Counted from the stretch's first letter, positions 8,231 through 18,415 are shown. The stretch is DNA of 64,000 nucleotides from Nanobdellota archaeon (GCA_021799085.1 JAJZBD010000004.1:7973-71972); one strand, 5' to 3'. Numbers and translations are program-made. Notes: a model not told the origin generated them from the sequence alone.

Positions 8231-9958
8231 TCAATTCACCGAAAAAGGCGGCTTCCAGTTTAGAAGGCCGGCCCTTCTTTTAGATTCATCATATATGTAT
8301 GCTGCATCCTTATCGGCAACAAACAAACCGATTTCAAGCGCCCTCTTTATGTCGGATTGTGTAAAACGCTTTACGTTGACAAGCATCTCATATATCTCAG
8401 CCTGCTCTCCGGAAAGACTTGCTTTGTGTTTTTCAGTTGATGAAATCGTAGAAAGTGATTTTGAAATGCCGGAAAAATCGTCCTTAAACGCTCTGTAGAT
8501 GTCCATAAAAGCGTAGTCCTTCTGCGGTTTCTTCTCTTTTTTCTTCTTTTCTTCTTCATCCGCTTCTTTAACGTATTTGTCAAGATCTGCTTGTATAACG
8601 CTGAGAGAACGAAAAATGGCCTGATCAACGGCCGCAAATACTGTTTTTTGAATATTTGCAATGTGCGCCTTCTTGTAAAGGTAAAATTCCTCAGGTGTAA
8701 AGCAATATGGAAACATGTTGAAATATATTGTTCCTTCATAAGGGGGCTGGAGAGCTTCTTTGCTTGGCTTTTCCTTAAAGTCCATCCTCAATTTTATTGC
8801 CATTATTACCAGCGGCCCATATTTTTTAATTCTATCATAAATGAAGGATCTTTTATTCTCTTCATACCCTCGTGATATAAGATTACCGGCTATGCTTTTA
8901 GGCTCGACCTTTATAGGTATTTCCGGGCCTTTGTTTTTAAATAATCTGATGTACTCGGCATTGTACTCCTTTGCATATATTGGCTTGCTTCCAATAGCTG
9001 TCACAGAAAAGCTTTCATTCTCAAATATGTCAGGCTTGCTTGCACCCTCTATGTATCTACTTGCATTTGTAGCTGTTTTGAGGCCCATCTTTGCAAGCAG
9101 CGAAAGATAAGTTGAGCACCAATCAACATATAGGTTAAACGAACCCATCTGGCTCTTAAGGTACTGCAGAAGCATGCTTTTCCTGTTTTTAAGGTCATTG
9201 CCATTTATTTCCTTCCATTTTTCATATTCAATGTACCTGTTCTTCAGTATGTTTTTATACTGCTCGTTCCTGTCAATATTCTGTACATCCTTTAGACTTT
9301 TGACTTGGTAGAAAACCGACATTATATCAATAAATCCCGGACCACCCTGGCTTTGCGTCGGAGACCTTGAAAGCGCAGAAAGGCTTGCTCCCCCCTTTCT
9401 TGAATCAACATTGTCCAAAAACACTCTTTTTAATGCGAGTTCTGCTGCTTCCGCTTTGTCCTTGTCCGTATCTTTTAACTCGTCATACAAATACAGGTTC
9501 CTTTCAAGTTCCTTAAGCTCGTATATTATGGCTATAAGGGATTTCAAAACCGTGTTTATGTTTCCAAGAAGCTGCATTACCCTGTCTTCAAGATTCTTCC
9601 TTTTCTCAAAAACCATGTTCATCAAACTAGATAATGAAGAGGGATCCACTGATTCTGCCGTTCTCATAGACCTATAACCCAATGCTCCAAACATCTGCAT
9701 AACAGAGTAGTACTCTGGTTGGAAATGGTATCTTTTGTATATGTCCTTTGTAAACTTGTAACCTTCAGGATTACCAACGAACCCAGGGTTCGGTATCTCT
9801 TCACCAGAGGCATACCTAAAATCAACCTCTCCCCTATAGTGAGAATCGCTGCTAGAAGCCCTTGCTTCCAGCTCATTTATCCATTTTTGTACATAGTTAA
9901 CGTCTGTTTTTGAGTCATTAAACCTCTTTGCTATCTCGCTTATCTCCCGTATGTTCAT
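8231..9958 (-). CDS. Large soluble helical/coiled-coil protein of unknown function (575 aa)
   Basis: Long clean ORF, heptad-like segments, no TM helix or Walker A; first gene of the micro-pilin run. Confidence 0.85.
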   Translation of the reverse strand: MNIREISEIAKRFNDSKTDVNYVQKWINELEARASSSDSHYRGEVDFRYASGEEIPNPGFVGNPEGYKFTKDIYKRYHFQPEYYSVMQMFGALGYRSMRTAESVDPSSLSSLMNMVFEKRKNLEDRVMQLLGNINTVLKSLIAIIYELKELERNLYLYDELKDTDKDKAEAAELALKRVFLDNVDSRKGGASLSALSRSPTQSQGGPGFIDIMSVFYQVKSLKDVQNIDRNEQYKNILKNRYIEYEKWKEINGNDLKNRKSMLLQYLKSQMGSFNLYVDWCSTYLSLLAKMGLKTATNASRYIEGASKPDIFENESFSVTAIGSKPIYAKEYNAEYIRLFKNKGPEIPIKVEPKSIAGNLISRGYEENKRSFIYDRIKKYGPLVIMAIKLRMDFKEKPSKEALQPPYEGTIYFNMFPYCFTPEEFYLYKKAHIANIQKTVFAAVDQAIFRSLSVIQADLDKYVKEADEEEKKKKEKKPQKDYAFMDIYRAFKDDFSGISKSLSTISSTEKHKASLSGEQAEIYEMLVNVKRFTQSDIKRALEIGLFVADKDAAYIYDESKRRAGLLNWKPPFSVN

Positions 9959-10114
9959 AAATCTTATTAGATACTGCTAATTTAAATAATGTTATATATA
10001 AAAATTGCGCGTTATGAAGAAAACATGTCATTTTATACCAAAAAACTGACAAATTGAAAAAATTAGCAAAGACTTATAAATAATCAGAGCCATAATCACA
10101 TAAATGGAGGTACT

Positions 10115-11200
10115 ATGCACCAAACAGAGAACATAAATCCGATAGAAGCAACTTTAAACAAGCTTTTTTCGACAATAGACGCACTTTCGTCTAAAATAGA
10201 CGAGCTTAATGAGAGAGTAGATTACATGGGCTCATTTATAGGTCTTGAAATCGGCGAAGGCGAAAACGCAGAGTCGGTTGAACCGCCAGGACAGCTTGCA
10301 GGTTTGTCCTTTGATGTCTTAAACAAGGTCCTCCCCTCTAAGGATGCAAACTCGATAAGGGCATATTTTTTAAGAGTCTTGAGCCTTTTCAGAAGATACA
10401 TAAAATCAATCGTAATATTTGGCAGCTCAAAGACAAAAACCGGCATGACAAGCACTTCCGACATAGATGTAGCATTTATAGTAGACGATACAGATATACA
10501 AAAATTCACGCTTGAACAGCTAAGAGACAGGTTATTCGCAAAGATGGCTGAAATAGCAAGAGATTTTTCAGATAAAATACATGCACAAGCATACCCTCTT
10601 TCTGAATTCTGGGGTTCAATAATAAAACCAAATCCGGTTATACTTACCTTGTTAAGAGATGGCGTAGCGGTCTATGACACCGGCTTCTTTGTTCCAATAC
10701 AGATGTTGTATAAAACAGGAAATATAATACCCACTATAGAATCAATAAACGCCAACGTAGAAAATGCAGAAGGGCTCATAATGCTTGCGGAAAATGTATT
10801 GACTACAAAGCTAAGCCTAGATCTTTACAATTCTGTAGTTGCAGCTGGTCAGGCTTTATTGATGGAATATGGGTATCTGCCCCCAGTACCAAAACAGGTT
10901 GCTAAGGAATTGGAAGATATAGCGGTAGCAAAGGAAAAAGTGCTTACGCATGAAGATGTAGAAAAGGTCGATGGTGTAGTGAAGTGGTTTAAGAATATAG
11001 ACCACGGAGAAGTCAAGGAAATCACCGGCGAAGAATTCGACAAAAAGCTGAAAGACAGTAAATACATTGTAGAGAAAATAACCTCTATAATAGAAAAACT
11101 TAGGGAAAAGAAGGGAGAAACAAAACCTGTAATAGACAAAGATTTATTAAAGCAAACTGATAAGGAAATAAAGGACAAATATCTACAAAAGGAGGAGTGA
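10115..11200 (+). CDS. Pol beta-type nucleotidyltransferase (MNT) fused to a HEPN-like helical domain
   Basis: IVIFGS...SDIDVAFIVDD NTase motif; C-terminal LYNSVVAAGQALL helix bundle. Confidence 0.7.
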   Translation: MHQTENINPIEATLNKLFSTIDALSSKIDELNERVDYMGSFIGLEIGEGENAESVEPPGQLAGLSFDVLNKVLPSKDANSIRAYFLRVLSLFRRYIKSIVIFGSSKTKTGMTSTSDIDVAFIVDDTDIQKFTLEQLRDRLFAKMAEIARDFSDKIHAQAYPLSEFWGSIIKPNPVILTLLRDGVAVYDTGFFVPIQMLYKTGNIIPTIESINANVENAEGLIMLAENVLTTKLSLDLYNSVVAAGQALLMEYGYLPPVPKQVAKELEDIAVAKEKVLTHEDVEKVDGVVKWFKNIDHGEVKEITGEEFDKKLKDSKYIVEKITSIIEKLREKKGETKPVIDKDLLKQTDKEIKDKYLQKEE

Positions 11201-11201
11201 T

Positions 11202-11453
11202 ATGGCAAAACTTTTATCATACAGAAGGGGAAGAAAGACGCAAAAAGTTAACCAAGCAATAGCAAGCATAGACAAAGTGAACAGCAGAGAAGAAGCAAAA
11301 AAATTCATAGGAAAAAAGGTTGAGATTGCGTTCTCCAAGTCATCAATAAAGGGTGTAATAGTGAAAGCACATGGCGGAAGGGGAAAGGTCGTAATAAGAT
11401 TCAGAAGGGGACTTCCCGGCCAAGCGATGAACCAGGAGATAAAGCTTTCTTAG
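11202..11453 (+). CDS. rpl35ae: 50S ribosomal protein L35Ae
   Basis: SYRRGRKTQKVNQ, IGKKV, GVIVKAHGGRGKV...F...LPGQA; GGAGG SD upstream. Confidence 0.9.
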   Translation: MAKLLSYRRGRKTQKVNQAIASIDKVNSREEAKKFIGKKVEIAFSKSSIKGVIVKAHGGRGKVVIRFRRGLPGQAMNQEIKLS

Positions 11454-11454
11454 T

Positions 11455-12525
11455 TTATCTCAAACGCACCGTATCTAAAAGATCTTGGAAGCTACCAGTT
11501 ATCCTAAAGCCCTTCGGAGATAACACTGTTTTGTCTTTGAACTTAGACATGGGCAATTCGGGTTGCTTTAGAAAGGAAGATATTTCACTTGTGGTGTAGT
11601 AAGAGAAAACATCTAATTCCCTTGAAACCGCTGTAAGGTAGTCTGACAATTTTACAAGGGAACCTGCTGACATGTTTATTTTGTTTTCTTTTATGGCGGA
11701 AAGCATAACATTTACATGTCTTTTGCTGTATAGGGAGCCAAGCCATAACTCCCCTATCTTGTGCATTTTAGAGCCACAGTATCTACATTTCACTGTGGCA
11801 TTGATCTGCCTGGCAGGGCACTTGCTGCATTGGTATGCATAACCAATGCTTTCTTTCATCTTAGAAGTCGTTGACCTAAAGTAGATTCTTATGAAGTTGC
11901 CTTCAAAATTGAAAAGCAGGGGAAGAAGAGAAATAGAGTGCTTTGCAGCGGTTTCAAAAACCTTCTTTATAAGTATCCGTATACCAAGTTCATTGCTGTA
12001 TGCAGTCTTAAGCGAAACTGAGTTATATTTCCGTTGGCATGCCTTCTGTGCACTGCCCATAAGCGCTGCTGTATCTGTTGCGCTCACGGCCAGTATGCCT
12101 CCTTTCTTAAGCAGTTCCAATGCGGAATCAAGATAAAAAACTGGAGAGCCAAATGGATCTATGTCTATATAATCGTATTTTTTACTGGCTTTAAATGATG
12201 CCGCATCTGAGCTCGTTACAACCTTGTCAATTCCAGAAAGTTTCTTCTTGTTTATTTCTAAGTTCCGTTCTATGATTTCCTTGGACTTTATGTCATTGAA
12301 GTTAAATGAAGAAAACTTTCCCGTTTCAATACATAACCTTAAACCTCGAATGCCGCTGCCTGAAAAAAGTTCCAAACCCGCGGAATTTTCATGCATTAAA
12401 GAGGAAACCAGGAGAACGTTAAGGTCCCTATCGAACTTCCTTTTAGGGTTAAAAAATACTTCTGCTTTTTTAAGCTGTTTATCTTCCGCAAAAAACCCAA
12501 CTTTGCCCTCTTTAAAAAAATCCAT
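11455..12525 (-). CDS. trm1: tRNA (guanine26-N2)-dimethyltransferase
   Basis: FFNPKRKFDRD, GSGIRGLR, YIDIDPFGSP, SATDTAAL and CxxC pairs. Confidence 0.92.
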   Translation of the reverse strand: MDFFKEGKVGFFAEDKQLKKAEVFFNPKRKFDRDLNVLLVSSLMHENSAGLELFSGSGIRGLRLCIETGKFSSFNFNDIKSKEIIERNLEINKKKLSGIDKVVTSSDAASFKASKKYDYIDIDPFGSPVFYLDSALELLKKGGILAVSATDTAALMGSAQKACQRKYNSVSLKTAYSNELGIRILIKKVFETAAKHSISLLPLLFNFEGNFIRIYFRSTTSKMKESIGYAYQCSKCPARQINATVKCRYCGSKMHKIGELWLGSLYSKRHVNVMLSAIKENKINMSAGSLVKLSDYLTAVSRELDVFSYYTTSEISSFLKQPELPMSKFKDKTVLSPKGFRITGSFQDLLDTVRLR

Positions 12526-12575
12526 ACTAATAACAAGGTATGCAAATGTTTAATAAGGTTTTTAGTTATACCGCA

Positions 12576-13499
12576 TTAATCATCTATCTTAAACCTTTCC
12601 TTAAGATTTAGGACCCTGTAAAGCTCTTTGTACCTGTTTCTTATCGTGACTTCGGTTATACCTGCAGCCTTCGCAGCATCTCTCTGTGTCTTCTTTTCTT
12701 TGTTTATCAGAGTTGCAACATAAAGCACTGCCGCTGCTATGCCCATTGGGCCCTTTCCGCTTGTAAGCCCTTTATCTTCTGCTTCTTTAAGCAGTTTTAC
12801 TGCGTCCGAAACAGTTTTGTTCGAAACTCCTAATTCAGAAGCAAATTTGTAGATGTAATCGCTTGGCGATGTTGGGAGTATTTTTATCCCAAGTTCTCTG
12901 CAAAGCAGTCTATAGGCCTTTCCAACCTCTTTTCTTTCGACTTCAAATGTATCCGAAATTTCATCCAATGTTATAGGCCTATTGTGTTTCCTTGCAGCAG
13001 CGTAAAGTGCCCCTGCAATTACGCTTTCCATTGACCTGCCCCTCACCAATCTTCTTGTTATGGCTTCTCTGTACATCTTTGCCGCTTCTTCCTGTATTAT
13101 ATTTGAAACGTGTAAACGATTGCTTGCGTGCCTTAATTCTGTAAGTGCAAACTTTAAATTCCTTTCATATGCAGTTGAGATTCTTGGCTGCCACTTCCTT
13201 AATTTATAGAAAGTTCTTCTGTTTGCATTAGAAAGTTTTATGGACTCGCTTGCCTTTCCTATCACAGTACTTGTACCTTTATCATATTTTGCATAACTTA
13301 ATGGAGAACCCATTCTCCCTTTTCCTTCATCTCTTTCGTCTTCAAAAGAACGCCATTCCCTGCCGTAATCTATCGTATCACTCTCTATTACATATCCACA
13401 GTTCTGACAGACTAACTCGCCGGTAGTCTTATCATAGATAACTGCATCGCTTCCACAGGAAGGACATTTAATATTATACTTGCTTGTAACCACTTTCAT
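12576..13499 (-). CDS. tfb: Transcription initiation factor IIB
   Basis: Zn ribbon CPSCG/CQNCG, GREWRSF, two cyclin repeats, TEVTIRNRYKEL. Confidence 0.97.
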   Translation of the reverse strand: MKVVTSKYNIKCPSCGSDAVIYDKTTGELVCQNCGYVIESDTIDYGREWRSFEDERDEGKGRMGSPLSYAKYDKGTSTVIGKASESIKLSNANRRTFYKLRKWQPRISTAYERNLKFALTELRHASNRLHVSNIIQEEAAKMYREAITRRLVRGRSMESVIAGALYAAARKHNRPITLDEISDTFEVERKEVGKAYRLLCRELGIKILPTSPSDYIYKFASELGVSNKTVSDAVKLLKEAEDKGLTSGKGPMGIAAAVLYVATLINKEKKTQRDAAKAAGITEVTIRNRYKELYRVLNLKERFKIDD

Positions 13500-13519
13500 A
13501 AGATTTATATAGTATGATA

Positions 13520-13813
13520 CTAACTAGTATTTAAAGCTTTCGTTTTGCAGTAATTTGCCAATAAAATTTGTTTATTATCACTTCTGGGAATATTCTTTGG
13601 AACCTTTATTTTGAAGACGTATGCTATAATACTTGTGATCCCTGCGATCAGTAAGCCTATGCCCACCCCTTTAAAATATAATTTGTCCGTAAGATATGAA
13701 AATAAGATAAATACCGCGCTTAAAACTAATTCAAAAATGATAAGCACGATATCGAGCCATTTCAAAAGCCTAATTCTCCATTCTGGCCAGACAACATTCT
13801 TCCAGTTTAGCAT
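13520..13813 (-). CDS. Small two-TM membrane protein
   Basis: Two hydrophobic segments; co-oriented with tfb. Confidence 0.6.
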   Translation of the reverse strand: MLNWKNVVWPEWRIRLLKWLDIVLIIFELVLSAVFILFSYLTDKLYFKGVGIGLLIAGITSIIAYVFKIKVPKNIPRSDNKQILLANYCKTKALNTS

Positions 13814-13919
13814 AATTTTATATTAATTATATACTAAATTTCTGTCTTATTAAGATTTTTGAATTGGGCAAACCACTTATACAGGAATTCTAAAAATACA
13901 ACATAAAAGACCTTGTAGA

Positions 13920-14615
13920 TCAAGGAACAGTTATGCATGTAGACGAATAATCGCCTGAATTATTTGGGTAAATCTCTATAATATAACGATTCGGCGCACT
14001 TGACTGCAGAGTAACAGTTCCGGAAGCGTATCCTATATCCGTGGGAGAAGTTGAACCCATAACACTGGTTATATATTTCTCTCCCGCAGAAAAAACGGTT
14101 AGATTAAAAGATGAGCTTTTCAAGCCACCAGAATAATTATAAAAACGCAGATTATAAAAAAGAGTGCTTGAAGAGAGAGAGTAGGATTGCTGGATATATG
14201 CTACTGAAAAATCAAGACCGATTATAGCACTGCCATTTTCGCCTCTTACGAATGCATCAAAAGTTCCTCCCGATAAAGGAAGCATCCCCGATACATTTTC
14301 TGCAGGTTTTGACACACCTAATTCAGTAGTGGTCTGCAGCTTTATTATGTCACCGCAAAAGAAGGAATACTGTGGCTGAAGCAAAGAAATAGTAATGGGG
14401 AAGGTCTGCATGGACCCAGGGCCCTGTGAAGCGACGTAATTAACTTCATTTGCAAGATTGTTTGCAGTAGTGGTTATCTGACTGGCTGAGGAACTTAAAG
14501 CAAATGAACCATAAAAAAGCATAACATATATTACAAACGCGGCGATAATGCTTATACCGATGCCTATTATTATTACGTATTCTGTTGAATACTGACCTTT
14601 TTTAATATCTGACAT
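13920..14615 (-). CDS. Type IV pilin-like protein with class III signal peptide (231 aa)
   Basis: KKG|QYSTEY followed by a hydrophobic helix. Confidence 0.8.
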   Translation of the reverse strand: MSDIKKGQYSTEYVIIIGIGISIIAAFVIYVMLFYGSFALSSSASQITTTANNLANEVNYVASQGPGSMQTFPITISLLQPQYSFFCGDIIKLQTTTELGVSKPAENVSGMLPLSGGTFDAFVRGENGSAIIGLDFSVAYIQQSYSLSSSTLFYNLRFYNYSGGLKSSSFNLTVFSAGEKYITSVMGSTSPTDIGYASGTVTLQSSAPNRYIIEIYPNNSGDYSSTCITVP

Positions 14616-14652
14616 AAATATTAATATTGGTCATTTAAGTATTAAATATTGA

Positions 14653-15801
14653 ATGGTATCCAACAATAAAATAAAAATAGCAATATTTATTCCCTGGATA
14701 AAAAGTAAGGGAGGAGTTGAAAGAGCTATTCTTAGGATTGCAGGGGACAAAAATTATGAGACGGATATTTTCACTTTTTTTTATGACTCTGAAAATACAT
14801 TTGACGATTTCAAAAAATACAATATTAAGGTTATCGGAGATTCAAAACCCAATGGATTTATTGGAAGAGGAATTGGCCTTTTCAAATCAATCATTTCAAC
14901 GAAAATACCAAATTTGAAGGAGTATGATATATTTCTGATTTCAACGGCAGGAATTGCAGAGCTTATAACTTTCCGGAACAAGCACAAAAACACTGTAGCA
15001 CTTTGCCATACCCCACTGAGAGTTGCACATACAATGTATGACTATTACAAAAAAGAAAGCATTAAAAACCGAATACTTCTGCCTTTTGCAGTCGCTGTCT
15101 ACAAACTGCTTGAAAAATCGGCTTGGAAAAGAATAGAATATGCAATGGTATTCAGCAATGAAGTAAAGGAAAGGCTAATAAATTACGGTTTAATTGATGA
15201 AGAAAGGATATTTAATCTTGGGCCCCAAGCAAACTATCCAAAGATAAACAAAAGGGCAAAAACTGAAAAGATAATCTTCTATCCAAGTAGATTCATAAAG
15301 TACAAAAGACAAGAACTTGCTATAAGATCCTTTAACCTGTCGGAAATGCCTGATAGAGGCTTTAAACTTGTTTTGGGCGGGTTTGTTGAAGACAGAGAAT
15401 ACTTTGAAAGCTTAAAGAAATTCGAAGGAAAGAATATAACAATAATTGAAAACCTATCTGAGAAGGAACTCTCCAACCTCTACAAAAAATGCTACGTCAC
15501 TTTATTTCTAGCGATAAATGAGGATACGGGCTTTACACCTTTGGAATCACTTTCATATGGAAAGCCGGTTATATCAGTAAATGAGGGCGGACCTAAGGAG
15601 TTTATAAAAAACGAACAAAACGGCTTGCTTGTAAATGCAGATGAAAGAAGTATAGCCGATGCACTAAACATGGTACTGGATAAAAAGATGTATGCAAAAT
15701 TGAGGAAAGGGGCGGAAAACTCAACAAGATACGATGAAAAAAGATTTATGAAAAACCTGGAAAACGCAGTATCCTTAATTCTGGAAAAAGCTTATAAATA
15801 A
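14653..15801 (+). CDS. GT-B glycosyltransferase (GT4)
   Basis: GGVER N-terminal motif; EDTGFTPLESLSYGKPVI and GGPKE C-terminal motif. Confidence 0.9.
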   Translation: MVSNNKIKIAIFIPWIKSKGGVERAILRIAGDKNYETDIFTFFYDSENTFDDFKKYNIKVIGDSKPNGFIGRGIGLFKSIISTKIPNLKEYDIFLISTAGIAELITFRNKHKNTVALCHTPLRVAHTMYDYYKKESIKNRILLPFAVAVYKLLEKSAWKRIEYAMVFSNEVKERLINYGLIDEERIFNLGPQANYPKINKRAKTEKIIFYPSRFIKYKRQELAIRSFNLSEMPDRGFKLVLGGFVEDREYFESLKKFEGKNITIIENLSEKELSNLYKKCYVTLFLAINEDTGFTPLESLSYGKPVISVNEGGPKEFIKNEQNGLLVNADERSIADALNMVLDKKMYAKLRKGAENSTRYDEKRFMKNLENAVSLILEKAYK

Positions 15802-15819
15802 TACAAAGTAATACTTTAT

Positions 15820-16641
15820 ATGAAGAAAAGGATAACAATAACTATAAATGAGAAAACGCTTGAGAAGATAGACAAAACCATAGATGGAATAAACATACCA
15901 AATAGATCAATAGCAATAGAACAGTTAATAAAAGAGCATTTTGAACCAAATAGAAACAAGATAGCTTTGGTTTTAGCAGGAGGTTCCGGCACTAGATTAA
16001 GACCGCTTACATATGAAATACCAAAACCGATGATGCCTGTCAATGGAAGGCCAATACTGGAACATATAATAGAGCAGCTTAAAAAAGCAGAGTTTATAGA
16101 CATAATAATATCAATAGGCTACTTGGGCAGCAAGATCAAAGAGTACTTCGGAGATGGCAGCAAATTCGGTGTAAGGATAAGATATTCGGAGGAAACCACC
16201 CCTATGGGCACAGGCGGTGCAATAAAAAAGAACCAGAACATTTTCCATGATGATTTCATTGTTCTGAACGGCGATAACCTGTTTGATTTTGATCTAAATA
16301 AAATATATGAATTTCACAAGAAAGAGAAAGCAATGGCAACTATTGCATTGGTTCCGCAGGACGACGTTTCTCAATTTGGAGTAGTTGAAATGGAGGGAAA
16401 CAAAATAGTGAAATTTATAGAAAAGCCAAAAACAGAGCAGGTATCCCACCTTGTAAATGCAGGAATATACGTCATCAACCCTGCATTTCTAAGTTTTATT
16501 CCGCAAGGTGAATCGAACATATCGAAAATATTCGAGCAGGTAGCCGAGAAAAAGATAATTGATGGTTTTATTTATGCGGGAAAATGGTTACCATGCGACA
16601 GCATGGACCTGTATGACAAAGCAATTAAAAATTGGCCTTAA
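15820..16641 (+). CDS. Sugar-1-phosphate nucleotidyltransferase with N-terminal ribbon-helix-helix domain
   Basis: LAGGSGTRLRPLT...PKPM, VLNGD, FIEKP; N-terminal KRITITINEKTLEKID...RSIAIEQLI. Confidence 0.85.
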   Translation: MKKRITITINEKTLEKIDKTIDGINIPNRSIAIEQLIKEHFEPNRNKIALVLAGGSGTRLRPLTYEIPKPMMPVNGRPILEHIIEQLKKAEFIDIIISIGYLGSKIKEYFGDGSKFGVRIRYSEETTPMGTGGAIKKNQNIFHDDFIVLNGDNLFDFDLNKIYEFHKKEKAMATIALVPQDDVSQFGVVEMEGNKIVKFIEKPKTEQVSHLVNAGIYVINPAFLSFIPQGESNISKIFEQVAEKKIIDGFIYAGKWLPCDSMDLYDKAIKNWP

Positions 16642-18353
16642 ATCCCTTTGATTTTCCTTGTTTCGGATAGTGCTTCTTTATAATCATCTGTAAGTTCATC
16701 AGAGATATCGTCAAACTTCATCACGTCTGGCATGCTTATGTCAGTATAAAGAACATCCCCCTCCATTATGTTTCTGCCATAAACTGCATCATCTATGCTG
16801 ATTGCTACCTTCTCTCCTTTTACTGCTTTGTTAAGCTTCATTTTATCCGATTCTATGTCTAAAATCCTGCCTATTCTTTCTCCTTTTGAATTTATAACGG
16901 GGTAATTCGGCCGTATCTCACCAGCCAATACTTCGACTCCAAACACGCATGGGCTTGAACGGCGGAATATATTTCCCTTTATAAAAACAAACTTGGATGG
17001 AAGCTTCAGCCTTTCAAGTTTTTTCTCTAGATTCATGTTATTTAATTCCTTCTTAAATTCATTGTAACTATCAAACAAAGTGTATATTGAATTTGCGCTT
17101 ATTATTTTTACACTGTATTCTTCGGCTATGCTTTCTGTCTGTCTTGATATAGGAACGTTAAAGCACATCAGTGCACCGCCATTTATGCTTGCAGTCGTTA
17201 TATCGATCTTTGATGGCTCGCCTATCTTTGTTTTCCCCACTTCTATTCCAAATGAGCTTGCTATATTTTTTATGGCATCTATACTTCCTAGAGAATCCGC
17301 ACATACTACTAATCCCTTGGTTTCATCGTTGTTTTGTCCAACATTTTCTGCGTTTATGTCCTCTATTATTTTCTTCTTTTCCTCTTCTGATGAAAAAGCA
17401 ATTATCGAAGTTCCTATCATTGCATTGGGTTCACGCAGGATAAGCCTTATGGGGGCGGTTGCTTCAATAGATGAAAGGCTTTCATATTTACCAAAATTCT
17501 CTCGGCTTTCTTCTAAGGGGATAAGGCGCATAATCCCTTTTATCTTGTTTTCAGCCGGGCCGTCTGGGGTTTGCACTATAACTGAATCCCCGACCGATAT
17601 TTTTCCGGAATAAACAATCGCATCATATACTTTTCCAAGCCCTTTTATGTTCTTTTCTTCCAGTATTGCTGCACTATTTGATTCCTGCTTTTCAAGTTCC
17701 AAGTATCTTTGGCTTAAGCCTATTATCATTACTATCAGATCCTTTATCCCTATTCCATTGACAGACGACAAGGGTACAACCGCTATTTCCTTTGTAAACT
17801 CCTTGACCCTGTCGTATCTCTCTGCCTGAAAACCGTAGTTTGAAAAGTCAGAGATAATATTGTATACTTTTTCATCAAGTTTCTGTGCATACTCCTGATT
17901 CTGTTTCGATATAAAATCAATGAAGGAACTGTTCTCAATCTTGTAGAATCCCCTTATTGTATCGATCTTAGTAAGAGCTATTAAAAAAGGCGTTTTATAG
18001 GACTTCAATATCTCAATTGATTCTATTGTTTGATTTTGTATGCCTTCTGTTATGTCCACGGTTAATATTGCTATGTCAGCAATCGATGCTCCCCTTTTCC
18101 TTAAGGTGACAAAAGCTTCATGGCCGGGGGAGTCAATGAATATTATGCTCGGAACCTTTATGTTTATATTGAACTTCGAAAGAAGATCGCTTGCTATCCC
18201 TTTTATTCTGTCTGTTGGCACTTCGGTTGAACCGATATTTTGGGTAAGTCCGCCTGTTTCCTTATATGCGTTCATTGTGTCTCTTATAGCGTCCATTATA
18301 CTGGTTTTGCCTGCATCTACATGTCCTAAAAATGCGCATATCGGAGATCTCAT
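16638..18353 (-). CDS. infB: Translation initiation factor aIF5B (IF-2)
   Basis: GHVDAGKT, GLTQNIG, DSPGHEAF, TKID. Confidence 0.95.
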   Translation of the reverse strand: MRSPICAFLGHVDAGKTSIMDAIRDTMNAYKETGGLTQNIGSTEVPTDRIKGIASDLLSKFNINIKVPSIIFIDSPGHEAFVTLRKRGASIADIAILTVDITEGIQNQTIESIEILKSYKTPFLIALTKIDTIRGFYKIENSSFIDFISKQNQEYAQKLDEKVYNIISDFSNYGFQAERYDRVKEFTKEIAVVPLSSVNGIGIKDLIVMIIGLSQRYLELEKQESNSAAILEEKNIKGLGKVYDAIVYSGKISVGDSVIVQTPDGPAENKIKGIMRLIPLEESRENFGKYESLSSIEATAPIRLILREPNAMIGTSIIAFSSEEEKKKIIEDINAENVGQNNDETKGLVVCADSLGSIDAIKNIASSFGIEVGKTKIGEPSKIDITTASINGGALMCFNVPISRQTESIAEEYSVKIISANSIYTLFDSYNEFKKELNNMNLEKKLERLKLPSKFVFIKGNIFRRSSPCVFGVEVLAGEIRPNYPVINSKGERIGRILDIESDKMKLNKAVKGEKVAISIDDAVYGRNIMEGDVLYTDISMPDVMKFDDISDELTDDYKEALSETRKIKGI

Positions 18354-18415
18354 ATCTTTCCACCTTCAAATGTACTTTAATGAAGTTGATAGCTAATAAA
18401 TTTACCTATTTGAAC

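Noticed and set aside
8101-8283. 60-aa plus-strand ORF
   Set aside because: Antisense shadow of the micro-pilin at 8055-8228
6984-10114. Replication origin near gins
   Set aside because: No ORB-like repeats and no cdc6/orc1 gene in the window
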